DNA from: Eledone cirrhosa
Taxonomy: Eukaryota
Assembly (NCBI GenBank): GCA_964016885.1
Contig: OZ024743.1
Location: 348,626,001-348,690,000 of the forward strand
Direction: 5' to 3'
DNA length: 64,000 nt
Part shown: positions 14,288 to 26,478 of the stretch, one piece after another
How the letters are laid out: each line of letters starts with the position of its first letter
How positions within the stretch are numbered: the stretch's first letter is position 1
Notes under the pieces: model-generated
What the model was told of the DNA's origin: nothing
The model's database searches: none
What the model saw: only the letters and a program-made list of their open reading frames with translations
Position numbers and translations under genes: made by a program

Positions 14288-14396
14288 TATGTATATATAT
14301 ATATAATATATATTATATATATAAAGAAAAAGGGATGAAATCGAAAATGCAACTGAAGTCTTATTTTTTTTTTTAAATATATATATTTATTTGGTT

Positions 14397-14435
14397 CCTT
14401 TACCGGTTTTCGCAGTTCTTCTGCTTTTCAAAAGG
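14397..14435 (-). ncRNA. Minimal type I hammerhead (U3-A8 variant) in the inverted pLTR
   Basis: cctt TTGAAAA gcag aagaa ctgc GAAAa ccgg TA aagg (one extra A relative to the 3' copy). Confidence 0.65.
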
Positions 14436-14608
14436 TGAGTTGAGATGGAGGGGTCTGTGGTTTTTTCTCACATCTGGTTGGTCCTCTAAATTTTACTTGT
14501 TTTTATATGGAAAAAGTGGCTCGAAAAACCAGGTTTTTTCGAGAAGTAATTTGATTGGTTTTGTCAATAATTATAATAAATTTCGCGCCTGGTTCAACAA
14601 CTACGAAA

Positions 14609-17370
14609 ATGGACTTCAAAAATGAACAACATACAGGTAACCCATTTTTAAAACAAACTAAAACTCACACACCACATGCACAACAAATAACAAAAAAAAG
14701 TAACAAAACGTCCAACATACCCCCAGCAAAACTATAACGATAATCCCAGAAAACCATAGACAAAACTATAACCCTACTAACAAAAAACCAAAGATCCCCG
14801 AAACACAAGGCAGGGACCTGATCCGCAGATCACAACCCACACAAAACCTATTCCAAAACCGTAGAAACCCTGCCCACCACAGAGCCTGTTTCCAAAACCA
14901 TAGATCCCAACCCACACAAAGGAACCAAATCTACAACCCGGACTATCAACAAACCGAACCTCAATACGTCCGAAAACTTCTATACAAGACCACACAACAA
15001 CAGGGGAAATACCATTAGATATAATAATACCAATGAAAAAAACATTCCAGAAAAATCATTTTTTAGACCAAGGCTACAGGACTCACGACACCCGGTGGCA
15101 CAAACCGATTTTGAAAAACCGAAAATAATTAACATTTCAAATACAAACCTCTCAGCCCAACAAGTAAAAAAATTCTCTCCAAAGGTCTGAAATTCACACC
15201 AACACCACAATATCCTAACCCCAACGAGATAAATGACGATATCTCACACTTCTGTAGAAAATTACGTCTCACAGAGGAATTCTTTGACAAGGAGAATAAC
15301 GACGAATCAATTGTACGGAATAAAAGCAGCTACAACCCAACAAAAGGTTGAGAAACAGAGTTTCTGGACAAATTTTGTGACCACATAGCTACCTTCCCAT
15401 ACCATGAACTACCGCAACCTAAACCCAAACCCAACACAAGTCGAAGGGAATGGGAGATTATCCATGAACTAAAAAACAATCCGGACGTTGTAATTAAGGA
15501 TGCGGACAAGGGAAGTACTGTTGTCATTATGGAGGCTGAAAAATATAAAAATTCTATGTTCTCTCTCTTACAAAATGCTAATTACTATGAAAGAGTAAAA
15601 AACTACCAGCAATCAAAAATAATGACCAAATTAAACACACTGATTTATCGATACCAGGAAGACCTAACTAAAAAGGAACGCGATTATTTAACAAATTTTG
15701 AATACAAAACCAGCAACCTTTACGGACTTCCGAAGATCCACAAATGTAAAATAATCAACGATGCCTGTAAACAATCCACCCCAGCCTGCGTGAACACACA
15801 ATACCCCACAGACCTTAAATTAAGACCAATTGTAGCGGGCCCACAATGTGAAACACACTGATTGAGCAACTTTATAGACATACTACTGAAACCAATACTG
15901 AAACACATACCAAGCCTTGTAAGAGACGATCTGGACCTCTTAAACCACCGCCCCAAACATGTCAACAACGACACTATTATTGTGTCTTTCGATGTAGTGA
16001 ATCTCTACACAACGATCCCACACCAATACGGACTAGAAGCAATAGGATTTTGGCTAGAGAAATATCCCAATGAGATACCTGACAGAATAGAAAAAAGCTT
16101 CATCACCGAGGGATTAAAATTCATCCTACAGAACAACTTTTTTGATTTCGATGGCAATACTTACAAGCAAATATCGGGGACTGCGATGAGCAGAAAAGCC
16201 GCTCCAACTTATGCCAACTTAGTCATGGCATACTTAGAAGTCCAGATATATGAACAGTCCAAATCAAAATACGGATTGAACTTCCACAAATATTTATCAG
16301 AGAATTGGAAACGCTACTTGGATGATTGCCTCATTCTTTGGTCCCACACACTCGACCAACTGAAGGATTTCAAAAACTTAATAAACGGCATCAATAACCA
16401 CATCCAATTCACAATGGAATACAGCCAAGATCAACTCCCATTTCTGGACATCTTAATCACAAAAAAAGACACAAATATCGAAACTGACATACACTACAAA
16501 CCAACAGATTCCAAACAATATCTGCTATTCACCTCCAACCATCCAAAGCACACGAAGACGAACATTCCTTTTAACCTAGCAAGAAGAATTTGCACAATTG
16601 TCTCCAATTATGAAACGCGAAATAAAAGACTTCAAGAATTAAAGGAAATTCTACTTGAGAGAGAGTACCCACTATTACTAATAAATAATGGAATAGAAAG
16701 GGCTAAAGCAATAGGCATTGATGAATTACGGAAACAGAAACAAATTCAAGGTACGTCCAATATTCTATCATATATTTCAACACACAACCCAAGAAATGCG
16801 GAAGCTTACAACACTATTCACAATAACATCCCACTACTAAAACAAAACCCAAGAATGAAAAAAGCCCTTGAAACACACAAAATAATCAAAAGCAAAAGAC
16901 ATCCAAAATCACTGAAAACATTACTCACCAATGCCAAATTACCTACCACAAACCCACAACCAAGTATCAAAAAATGTGGTCGCTCTAATTGTGGAACCTA
17001 CACTCACCTCATTGAAGGCAACACGTATACATTTAAATCAGGACAACATTTTACTGTAAAAAATCACTTCACTTGCTCATCAAAAAATCTAATTTATGCC
17101 ATTAAATGTAAAGGATGCAATGAAGATTATATAGGACAAACTAAACTCACACTCAGAAACAGAATGACAGTTCATCGCCAACAATTACGAGATCCAACCA
17201 CGAGACAGATACCACTAAGTGCACATCTAGACATTTGCGCAAGTAATAAGACACCCAAATTCCAAGTCTTCCCATTTTACCTTTGCGCTAACAATACAAC
17301 AGAACAAATGCGAATAAATAAGGAAAATAGGTTTATTCAAAAATATAGACCAACATTAAATAAGGTTTAA
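14609..17370 (+). pseudogene. PLE polyprotein: reverse transcriptase, Cys-rich linker and GIY-YIG endonuclease (disrupted)
   Basis: LSKGLKFTP, IKDADKGSTVVIM, LYGLPKIHK, LRPIVAG, SFDVVNLYT, QISGTAM, RYLDD, LPFLD, YKPTD, CGRSNCGT, FTC..KNLIYAIKC..C..DYIGQT, R...H, E..FI...PTLN. Stops at ~14735, 15349 and 15859; frameshift ~15170. Confidence 0.93.
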
Positions 17371-18397
17371 TATACATTATCTCAACACCACAATATGACA
17401 TACACACACACACATAACACCTTCTACTTTAGAAAATAAAAACCCGAACTAAATAAACTTTAAACATACGTTTGCACTGGCAATACAACAGCAAACACGA
17501 AAAAGTCAGGAAAATATGTTCATTCAAAAATATTCCTACTAAAGGAATCATTTTCCTACACACACACATACACACACACACAATATATATATATATATAT
17601 ATTCTCTTCATCTTAACATGCTAACCATACTCCCACACACATAACACCCATACACACACATAACAACCCCCACACCTACAACACCCTCCCCATTTCTACT
17701 AATAGAACCACTTTCCTACACACATATATATATACACACACACAAAATATATATTCTCTCTATCTAACATACTCGCACACACACACATAACACCCATATA
17801 CACACACACACAACTCCCTCCCCCATCTCTACTAATAGAATCATCTTCCAATACACACATACACACACACATATACACACACACAAGCACACAAATAAAC
17901 ACATATCTTCAGTCTCAATAGAAAATCTGAACTCTGACACCTGAACTCTGACAGCTGGCCATATTCACTGAACCAGAACATTTCTCCCAATCCCTTTTCC
18001 CTTGACCACTATCTCTCCATTGTCATAACATTCACTATAAAGACTACAGAATAGTTTTCCAAATAAGGGCGCAAAAATGTAATGAAAACTTGTTCACGTG
18101 ACAGCCAAATTTCATCTATAGCCAACCAAAAAAAAAGCCTTCGTGAGCCTCATTTTTTCAAGTAAAAAGAAATTCAAACACTCATATATGAAAAAACAAC
18201 CTGTGACAACCCCCCCCTCTCTTATTTGAAGAACTATTGTAACGCGAACTGGCGCGAAAGTTATTATAATTATTGACAAACCAATCAAATTACTTCTCGA
18301 AAAACCTGGTTTTCGAGCCACTTTTTCCATATAAAACAAGTAAAATTTAGAGACCAACCAGATGTGAGAAAAACCACAGACCCTCCATCTCAACTCA

Positions 18398-18435
18398 CCT
18401 TTTGAAAAGCAGAAGAACTGCGAAACCGGTAAAGG
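18398..18435 (+). ncRNA. Minimal type I hammerhead (U3-A8 variant, palindromic stem III)
   Basis: cctt TTGAAAA gcag aagaa ctgc GAAA ccgG TA aagg. Stems I and II pair, stem III is the palindrome ACCGGT, cleavage triplet GUA. Confidence 0.8.
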
Positions 18436-18566
18436 AACCAAATAAATATATATATTTTTAAAAAAAATAAGACTTCAGTTGCATTTTCGATTTCATCCCT
18501 TTTTCTTTATACTTCCACTCGTGTAGGACACCTCGGTTATTTTTCATTTTGTAAAAAAAACCTCAC

Positions 18567-18628
<62 letters not shown>

Positions 18629-18630
<2 letters not shown>

Positions 18631-18775
18631 CGAAGAAGATGTGGTAAGGAACCAGATGGACCATAACGCATCAAAGTACTCAATACTTAGGGTAGTAGAG
18701 TGGGTAATAAGAACGAGTAGGACCCCGACGGCTGAGCTCAAGCCGTTTCGACGGCTAATTCTGGACTCAGAATTA
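18629..18775 (-). mobile_element. Mini-element family A (tail plus half-HHR, truncated at hairpin)
   Basis: Minus strand: aattctgagtccagaattagccgtc GAAA cggcttgagctcagccg TC ggggtc, then tail. TA flanks. Confidence 0.85.
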
Positions 18776-19041
18776 TATATACATACATATATATATGTGT
18801 GTGTGTGTATGATTATATATACATAAAATACATACATACATACATATCAGTGACAGAGATAGAGACTGGACCAGAGAGGGGGATGTTTGATTGGCTTAAT
18901 AAGAGGAAGAAGCGCAGAACCCCGAACCATCTTCAGGTCCTCGGAATTGGTAGAAAGGCATTATCAATAATTTTTAAACTAGAAACCTAACACAGATTCT
19001 TGCAACAAAATGGACTTCACTGAAGACACGCATAGATCAGG

Positions 19042-19080
<39 letters not shown>

Positions 19081-19081
<1 letters not shown>

Positions 19082-19221
19082 GTAGGTCCCGGGTTGAGTC
19101 GGGTATAACCACAGTAAGTAAGGTACTCAATACATGGCAGAGTAAATTTTTTTTATTTTATAGAAGGAGCTTCTACAGGACTTGTACTGTTTCATTCAGA
19201 TGAAATCTTCAGGAAGCTCCA

Positions 19222-19286
<65 letters not shown>

Positions 19287-19990
19287 GATATATATATATA
19301 TATATACAGAGAGAGAGAGAGAGAGAGAGACGGGGGGGTCGAGGCTCGCTGAGAATGATGCAGTATAAACTTGTCCCAAAAACTGATGCATGTGGAAGAA
19401 ATATTCATTGTCTTAAAAATATCCGTTTCTCGGTGTGCCTGTACTACGTTTAGTAGCCAAGACTGTGGTGGATATTTCACTGTCCCGGTTCCCGGTTTCC
19501 GCATTCGATGACGTGATTACAAAGGAAAGAGGAATTAGTGACGGTGGGCTTTTTAATTCAGAATAGCAATTGTCCAATAGTGATGACAATTAATAATTGG
19601 TTACATTTATCACATTCTAACCTGTATAAATGAGGGCATATAGGCAATAATTAGTGTGGTGGATAAGGCAATTGGCTATGGTGCATCAGTTATATGCACT
19701 GGGAAAGGGTTTATCTTTTGGATTGGCACCCCTGCAGGGAAGATCCCGAGTGTACCAGTTTAATATTGAAGTCCTCTCCCTCGATGGTTTTACGTATGGT
19801 GTTGGTAGTCTCTTCACCAAGGTATGGAATCATGAAGAAGCAACTATTGTCTGTGTTGGTTTGCGCACGAGTTACATCTAGGTGTGAGTGTGTGTTTTTA
19901 TTTACTTGTCACTAGTTGGTTGTTTGTTCTTTCTGTTTGTGTCTGTGTCTTCATTTTGTCCTTAATTACTAGTTGTGTTGTTTTTTTGTG
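19081..19990 (-). mobile_element. Decayed PLE 3' portion (family B) with HHR and tail
   Basis: Minus-strand peptide relics FMIPYLGEETTNTIRKTI...NIKLVH (~19750-19830) and AIAILN*KP (~19545-19570), followed by an HHR and a tail ending at (TA)n. Confidence 0.6.
19166..19220 (-). ncRNA. Type I hammerhead ribozyme
   Basis: ggagcttc CTGAAGA tttca tc tgaat GAAA cag tacaagtc ctG TA gaagctcc. 8-bp stem I, 4-bp stem III, GUA triplet. Confidence 0.85.
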
Positions 19991-20003
19991 GAAATATATA
20001 TAT

Positions 20004-20200
20004 ACGTTATTCCGGGTTGAATCGGAGGTAACCACAGTAAGTAAGGTACTCAATACATAGCAGAGTATAAAAGTTTTAATATAGATGAGATTCTATAGGA
20101 CTAGAACTGTTTCATTCTTTAGAAATCATCAGGCATCAGATTCCTGATGATTTCTAAAGAATGAAACAGTTCTAGTCCTGTAGAATCTCATCTATATTAA

Positions 20201-20204
<4 letters not shown>
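20004..20204 (-). mobile_element. Fold-back mini-element family B; complete HHR at 20138-20188 (+)
   Basis: Palindrome ~20072-20204 centred near 20137. agattc CTGATGA tttctaaagaat GAAA cag ttctagtc ctG TA gaatct. Tail at 20004-20071. Confidence 0.87.
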
Positions 20205-20245
<41 letters not shown>

Positions 20246-20469
20246 GTGTCAATGTATCTATATATATATATATATATATATATGTATCTATGTATATATA
20301 GGTATAATTTATATATATATATATATATATAAATTATACCTATTCCGCAATGCTTTAAACAACAACTGCACACTTCTCTCTCTTTACAACAGGAACGATC
20401 GACTTTCGTCAAATCATGACCGAGGAAACAATGTTTCCATTGTTCTTTCCAATTGCTAATAGTATATAT

Positions 20470-20606
20470 CGGTCACAACTCCAGGTAGAAGGAACAACGT
20501 GGAATAAAGTGTCTTGCTCAACGACATAACGCATCGCTCGGTTCGGGAATCGAACTCAAAACCTCACGATTGCGAATCCAATTATGTAACCACTCAGCCA
20601 CACGCC
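20470..20606 (-). mobile_element. tRNA-derived SINE (CORE/V-like) fragment
   Basis: aaagtgtcttgctcaacgacataac...gggaatcgaactc...aaccactcagccac is the antisense of an A-box/B-box head plus core. Confidence 0.65.
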
Positions 20607-20722
20607 TTCACTTTGCAAAAAAAACCTGTAAATATACTAAAAAAACACTTGACCATAAATATGTTTATATTCTCTGCCTACATCAACAACAACAACTACT
20701 ACTACTACTGGTGCTGCTGCTG

Positions 20723-20753
<31 letters not shown>

Positions 20754-21124
20754 CTTGCCAATCCAAACCTGCTATATGACAACCACCCCACTAAAATAAT
20801 CATGAATAACTACCAGGAGCCTTAAGAATATCATCAACAATAATGTAGTCTATATGCTGCTATTTGAAGGATGATATGTATGATAATTGACTTTAGAATG
20901 GAAGGTCATGACTAGCATATCATATGATAATTACATTTATTTCAGCCATATGACAATCTACAATTTATATGGCAATGATTAAGTGTGGAAGAAACAAACG
21001 AATATTCTAAATACAACACGCAGGCATGAATAAAACTTTTGACTCTCATCTTATTTCTCTTAATCAGATTTATTTATCTCCGTTCCAAATTCTCAGACAA
21101 CCACGCATATGTATATATATATAT

Positions 21125-21330
21125 GGCGAAGGGTAACCATGGCGGAAAGTGGGGCTGTGCAGCCTTACCCTCCCCCCAATTCCCTCTAAATGACCCTCCC
21201 GGTCAAAGCCGCATGTGGTCTTATCTTTTTTTGTGTTTATACGTTTTAGTAAGCGACCAAAATTCTGCTTGCTTCAATCGACGCAATTGATCAACTCAAG
21301 ATTCTATAACGCATGCACGGACCCTTCGCC
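21125..21330. mobile_element. MITE-like element
   Basis: 10-bp TIR ggcgaagggt / acccttcgcc between TA runs. Confidence 0.5.
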
Positions 21331-23314
21331 CCTATATATATATGTAAAGTCATACACACACATACATATATATGCATACATACATACATGCATACATACA
21401 GATTTGTATATTATTAATATATCAGAAAAGCGATATTATGTGTGTTGACAGTTGCGTGTGTGTCAAGGATTATAACACACAGTGTAGCAATTGTCTTTTA
21501 ACAATTGCTAGGGAAATAACACACAGTGTAGCAATTGTCTTTTAATATGATATCAAAAAAGATATTGGCTTAGTCCATTTTTTCATGCATCTAAACTATT
21601 TCACCGAGTATTTGGACGTACAACCTTTAAAGTAAATACTTTGAAGAATGTTTACAGTAAGCAAGCAATCTGACCTTTTATTTAAGGTAGTTGTCATCTA
21701 CAAATAATATCATTTATTTCTTACCTAAACTAAACTTACAACCCAAATTGTACATTTACTTTTTATAAAATATTCTTCAAGCGACCGCAAGATAATTGCA
21801 GCAAGCTTTTCTATAAACATTTGGGTTGTGAAAGAAATTGTTTCTCGTTACTTTGTAAAGAATGATAAATTATGAGCTATGCCGTTCGTTACTTGATATC
21901 ATTTGAAGCCGACGTTGAAATATGAACCGTAATTTATGAAATTTATTTCATAAAATTAAATACAGTTGAATTTAAAAGACCAATCTCGCATATACTGCAA
22001 CTAATGGCAGTATATGTTCTCATTTGTCATTTCCACGTGATCAATCATCTCTCTTCTTGTCGGTACTTTTACTATGCATTACTTTTGTTGTTACTGTTGT
22101 TTTCGGTTTACGACCGACACATGAAAAGCTTGAGTTTGCATCTAAGACTTATTTAACAACATTCTACTATCGCTGCAATTGTCTCTTCAGGCATACAACT
22201 TACAGATACCAACCGCATACATTTAAGCTTATACACATGTACATCGATCTCACTCAACTTAAAAAGGCTTGTACACGCCACGGTAATAGATTTTCCTCGT
22301 ATCATTACATGTTGACGTGCTGTACTGCATGAAAACACAACAGCATTAAGTTCTCAAAACAGTAAGAATCTAAATTTATTTAATAAATTAACAACAATTC
22401 ACATGAAGTATAATTTTCGCATAACTGAGAACATCACATTAAATATATAATTATTTAATTTATTATTTTCTGCCAAGAGAACTGACTGGGCAAAATGATC
22501 TGTTAACTAGTAAATATAATATAAACGTTTGAATTAACTATCTTGTCAAATCTGTATAAAAAGCTTTCATTTTTAATACTGTCAGATAGTTGAAAAATAA
22601 ATCAAACAATTATCTTTATTATATTAAGATGCATTTCTATTATATATTCGTGATGCATGTCACAATAAACCTCGTCCATCGATTGAACATATTGTAAATC
22701 ACTGTCTGAGGATATTGAGGGATCGTATACTTATTCTTCATTTCTTGATAACCTGTAACATGTAGATAAAAAATGTCCGCCAAAGCCAAGTTTATATATA
22801 GTTTGGACACTTGATCCCTCATATATACAAAAGGCAATCAAGTTTCTGGTTGACTTTAACCTCCTCTCTCATGTCTTGTTCTATCTCTCTCGCTCCTCTT
22901 TTCTCTTCGACTAATTCCTCTTCAATTTTTTTAAGTTTCGCTTGGAAAGAAGCTGATGGTGGAAAAGGACGTGCTGCCCCCGAGTACATTTGCTAAGAGG
23001 TGGATGAAAGTCGTGAGAATGGCCCGTTTGAACGAACCTAGTCTGACCATGCAACTGTATTCTGGATGATTTGAAGAAGAGAGGGGTGCCCTACTCGGGT
23101 GGTCTCGGAATGTCGGGTGGTTTAGAATTGGCTGTGCTCCGGAACTGCCCCCTGTGTGGTCCTCCCCGTGAGGGGAATTTTCATTGTTGTAATTATTTTG
23201 TTTATTGTTATTGTTTTATGCATTTTACTCGATTTTATTTTAAAACCCCACTGCCCCTGTATGTAGGCCCTTGTGTTTAATAAAGAAATAATTATTATGT
23301 TTAATACTATTACC

Positions 23315-23412
23315 ATTAAAATAAAGTACCAGTAATGCACTTGGGTCGATTTAGTTGTCTTTGCCTTCCCTGACAAATTGCTGGCCGTGTGCCCAGCGTA
23401 GAATCAATTATT
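23315..23412 (+). mobile_element. SINE 3' part
   Basis: aaaataaagtaccagtaatgcacttgggtcgat...aaattgctggccgtgtgccc. Confidence 0.6.
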
Positions 23413-24259
23413 ATCTTAATCATTTTTAAATTTAACTTTTCGACGGTCTTGTTCTTATCGGCTCCAGAAGTTTTTTTGAGTTGTGGAGTTTGATGAATAT
23501 TTTCGTAACGGACTGTATATAAGGCGCCATTCATTGCTCTATGAAATAGCGACCCAACATTTGAACTATATTTTCTGAAATAATTCATTTCTCTCAAAAA
23601 TCATGAACGGAAAATGCCCCTTCACGTTGAACAAGCTGTCTTGGATATTAGCTCAAACATTGCCGAGACACCGCCACAAAAACAACCACCACTAACACCA
23701 CCATTATGAACAGTGTTATCACTAAGATCACCACAAGTACCGTCGTCGACAATAACAACAGCAACAGCAACCAACATTTATCACGTGCAGCAACATCTGT
23801 CAATTGTTTACGGCTGTGACGCCATCACACACACACCACTTCGACAGCAAGCACTTCCAACACCACCACTACAACAATTGAAAAAGAAAATCACACAAAC
23901 AAACCTGTGAACACAAAGAATAAGAACATGGACAATGATAACATTAACAACAGGAACAACAATATAATTAACAACAACACCCAACACTGCAATAATAGAT
24001 TTAACAGAAACAAACAAAAAAATTAACAGTAACACAAATAAGAACAACAACAAAAATGACAACAACAATAACAAGAAGAAAAGTAACAATAAGAATAACA
24101 ACAGCAGCAGTGGCAGAAATGGAGACCCATCTGTGACCCCTCTACACATAACACAGATGGACCCCGCAAAAACAGCCGTTTTATTCGCTGGGTCAACAAG
24201 AAATATGGAAACCATACAAGTAAATGAAAATGAATTAAGAGAGGACAAATAAATTTTAA

Positions 24260-25800
24260 AAAGGGTGGGCGTGGGTGGAGGTCACAGAATCAGTCTCACA
24301 CTTCCACGTGAAGTACTGGAAAACGTGTGACGTTGCACGGTAACATATCGGACAGTTGAAGTGAAGCCACGCCGTGTAGAGAACGCCACCCAGTCCCAGA
24401 GCCAAAAGGCGTTGCTTGTGGAAACACAAAATCCATATCGAGACAGCTGATTCAGGACGGTAGACGTACTTTCTAGAAACATTATGTATTTATTGAGTCT
24501 TGAGAAATTACTACACAAATTAGAAGCGTTGAGGGACGTCCCGTGAGAACTAGGATGTGGAAGTTCTGTATCAGCATATGCAGACGACGTCATCGTAGTG
24601 GTGTCGAGTACCAAACATATTGAGATTATCTGTACCGCTTTTAAGGAATACATGTCATTAAAAGGAGGAAACATTTACCAGAAAATGTCGGTAGGCCTGC
24701 AGCTCGGCACATGGAGAGGCGGGTCCATGCTGTCCAACAGCGGCGTCGGGCTCTGGATTGACGGACCAGTTAAATGGCAAGGGTCTTCTTCGGTCCAGAC
24801 ATCCAAATGGACAAATCTTGGGACGTGGTGACTAGCATGCTGGCCTCTCTCACACAGAAACATGCTGAAACGAAGCTATCCCTGAAAGTTCGTCCAGAAG
24901 TGCTGAACGCATACATCGTGTCGTCCGTCATGTAGTACCACATGACCGTCGTGCCTTGACCTGGTTCACGTCTGTTTGAACTAGAGAACCTACTCTTTCG
25001 CTCCTCGTGGAAGAGACATATTCTAATAGACAGTCACTTCATTTACTATCAAAACCAACTGCATGGAGGGCTGGACTTGCCACGGTTAATAATGCTCAAA
25101 CTTGCACTAAGATTACCACATCTCCAGCTCTTCCTTGACGGTGAACTGGTGTAGTCACCGTTCACTTAACACGTTTTTCCCCAGCCTGTCCCCTTGAGAT
25201 GCAAACCTGGGTCAAGTAAAGACTGAGAGGAAGTGCTTGGAAACTGGAATGTCTGTAAGCTGTCACAGCTCTCAGAAAACTGGGCATTACGATCGGTGGA
25301 AACTCCACTTTGGCGTTCTGTAGAGTGCTTATGATGGGTAAGAGCGACGACGTCCCTGAGGAGATTATGTATAACAATGAAAATATACAAGCTTATATTT
25401 TCCGGATAATTTTCGAACCGGGACCCGTGGTCAACTTCCAGAAATCCCTGGCCTGCGAGTCCTACTGGAGTGCATTGCCAGTTCGAGATAAAGTCTACAG
25501 ACACGCAAGTGCGTCAGCTGAGCCTATCAAAGTTGAACGCAGGGCGATGAAACCGTCCTATATGCATTCGTCCAGTGTCCGAGCATTGCTGGTTAATGTC
25601 GAACAACTACTGTCACCTGCAGGATGGATCCGGCTTTCAGCTGAATCCAACTTGTATGCGCCTGAAGATTAGAGGTGGAGAACTGGGAGAAGGCACTTAT
25701 CCTGGTGATCAGGGTGACCGTGAACATAGTGTGCTTTCTCCATGGCTGACCATGGGAAGTCCTCGCCCTAGGTGAATTTACTTTGTTTAAAGTTGCTCTT
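24260..25800 (+). mobile_element. Decayed L1/Tx1-clade LINE RT and C-terminal region
   Basis: SAYADDVIVVVSS (24570-24610), LQLGTWR, KLSLKVRPEVLNAYI, GGLDLP, W.ALPVRDK. Preceded by N/Q/T-rich low-complexity sequence at 23650-24250. Confidence 0.75.
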
Positions 25801-25895
25801 ATATCTCCTTATATCAACGTTTTATACGCTAAAACCCTTACTTTTTTCTGCCTTCTTCTGTCTGTAGTACTGCCAAAATCAGAAGCCATAATTAT

Positions 25896-25955
<60 letters not shown>

Positions 25956-25989
25956 ATATATATATACATATATATGTCCCCTCTCCCAT

Positions 25990-26419
25990 GTCAGTTAACT
26001 CTTTCTCTCTACTGACCTCTTCTTCGCACTCCCACTCACTCAGTCCCTCTTTCTCCCCTTCTTTCTTCCTCCCGTTCGCTGGGAAAACGGTTTTCATTCT
26101 TTCTAACACCGGATTCACTAGCGAAAGGTCTGTTTTCTGACTCGCTCATATATTCACACGGCTTATGCTGAAAGAATAACTATGTTGCTTGTGTTTATTT
26201 CCATCTTCGGTTAGCTTCCCCCTGTGTTGTTTACTTGTCTCACTCGCTTTACGCGTTTCTATTGTCCTAATAACTTATTTTAGTTATTATCGCTCCAACG
26301 TGAGGTATATGATTTTTAATGCGATGAAATACCCATGATCGTTTGGTAAATCACTGATGAGGGACTCATTTTATAACATATTATCCATGTGCAACCAGCA
26401 GTATTCTTCTCACCCTATT

Positions 26420-26425
<6 letters not shown>
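25990..26425 (+). mobile_element. Family P element (third copy), permuted HHR-like motif at 26304-26365
   Basis: gaggtatatgatttttaatgcgatgaaatacccatgatcgtttggtaaatcactgatgagggactc...tgcaacca aligns with the minus strand of 12713-12790 and of 49340-49410. Confidence 0.7.

Positions 26426-26478
<53 letters not shown>

Larger units (their letters stand above)
14321..18572 (+). mobile_element. Near-full-length Neptune-type Penelope-like element with inverted 5' pLTR (14321-14595), 3' pLTR (18245-18511) and tail (18512-18572), inserted in (TA)n
   Basis: 14321-14595 is a near-identical reverse complement of 18245-18511. Long RT-EN reading frame lies between them. TA tracts on both sides. Confidence 0.95.

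Noticed and set aside
15349-15861. In-frame TGA codons in the Neptune-type ORF as selenocysteine
   Set aside because: Contexts KG*E and ETH*LSNF fit Arg positions (CGA to TGA decay), not conserved Cys. The copy also has a frameshift and a TAA stop.
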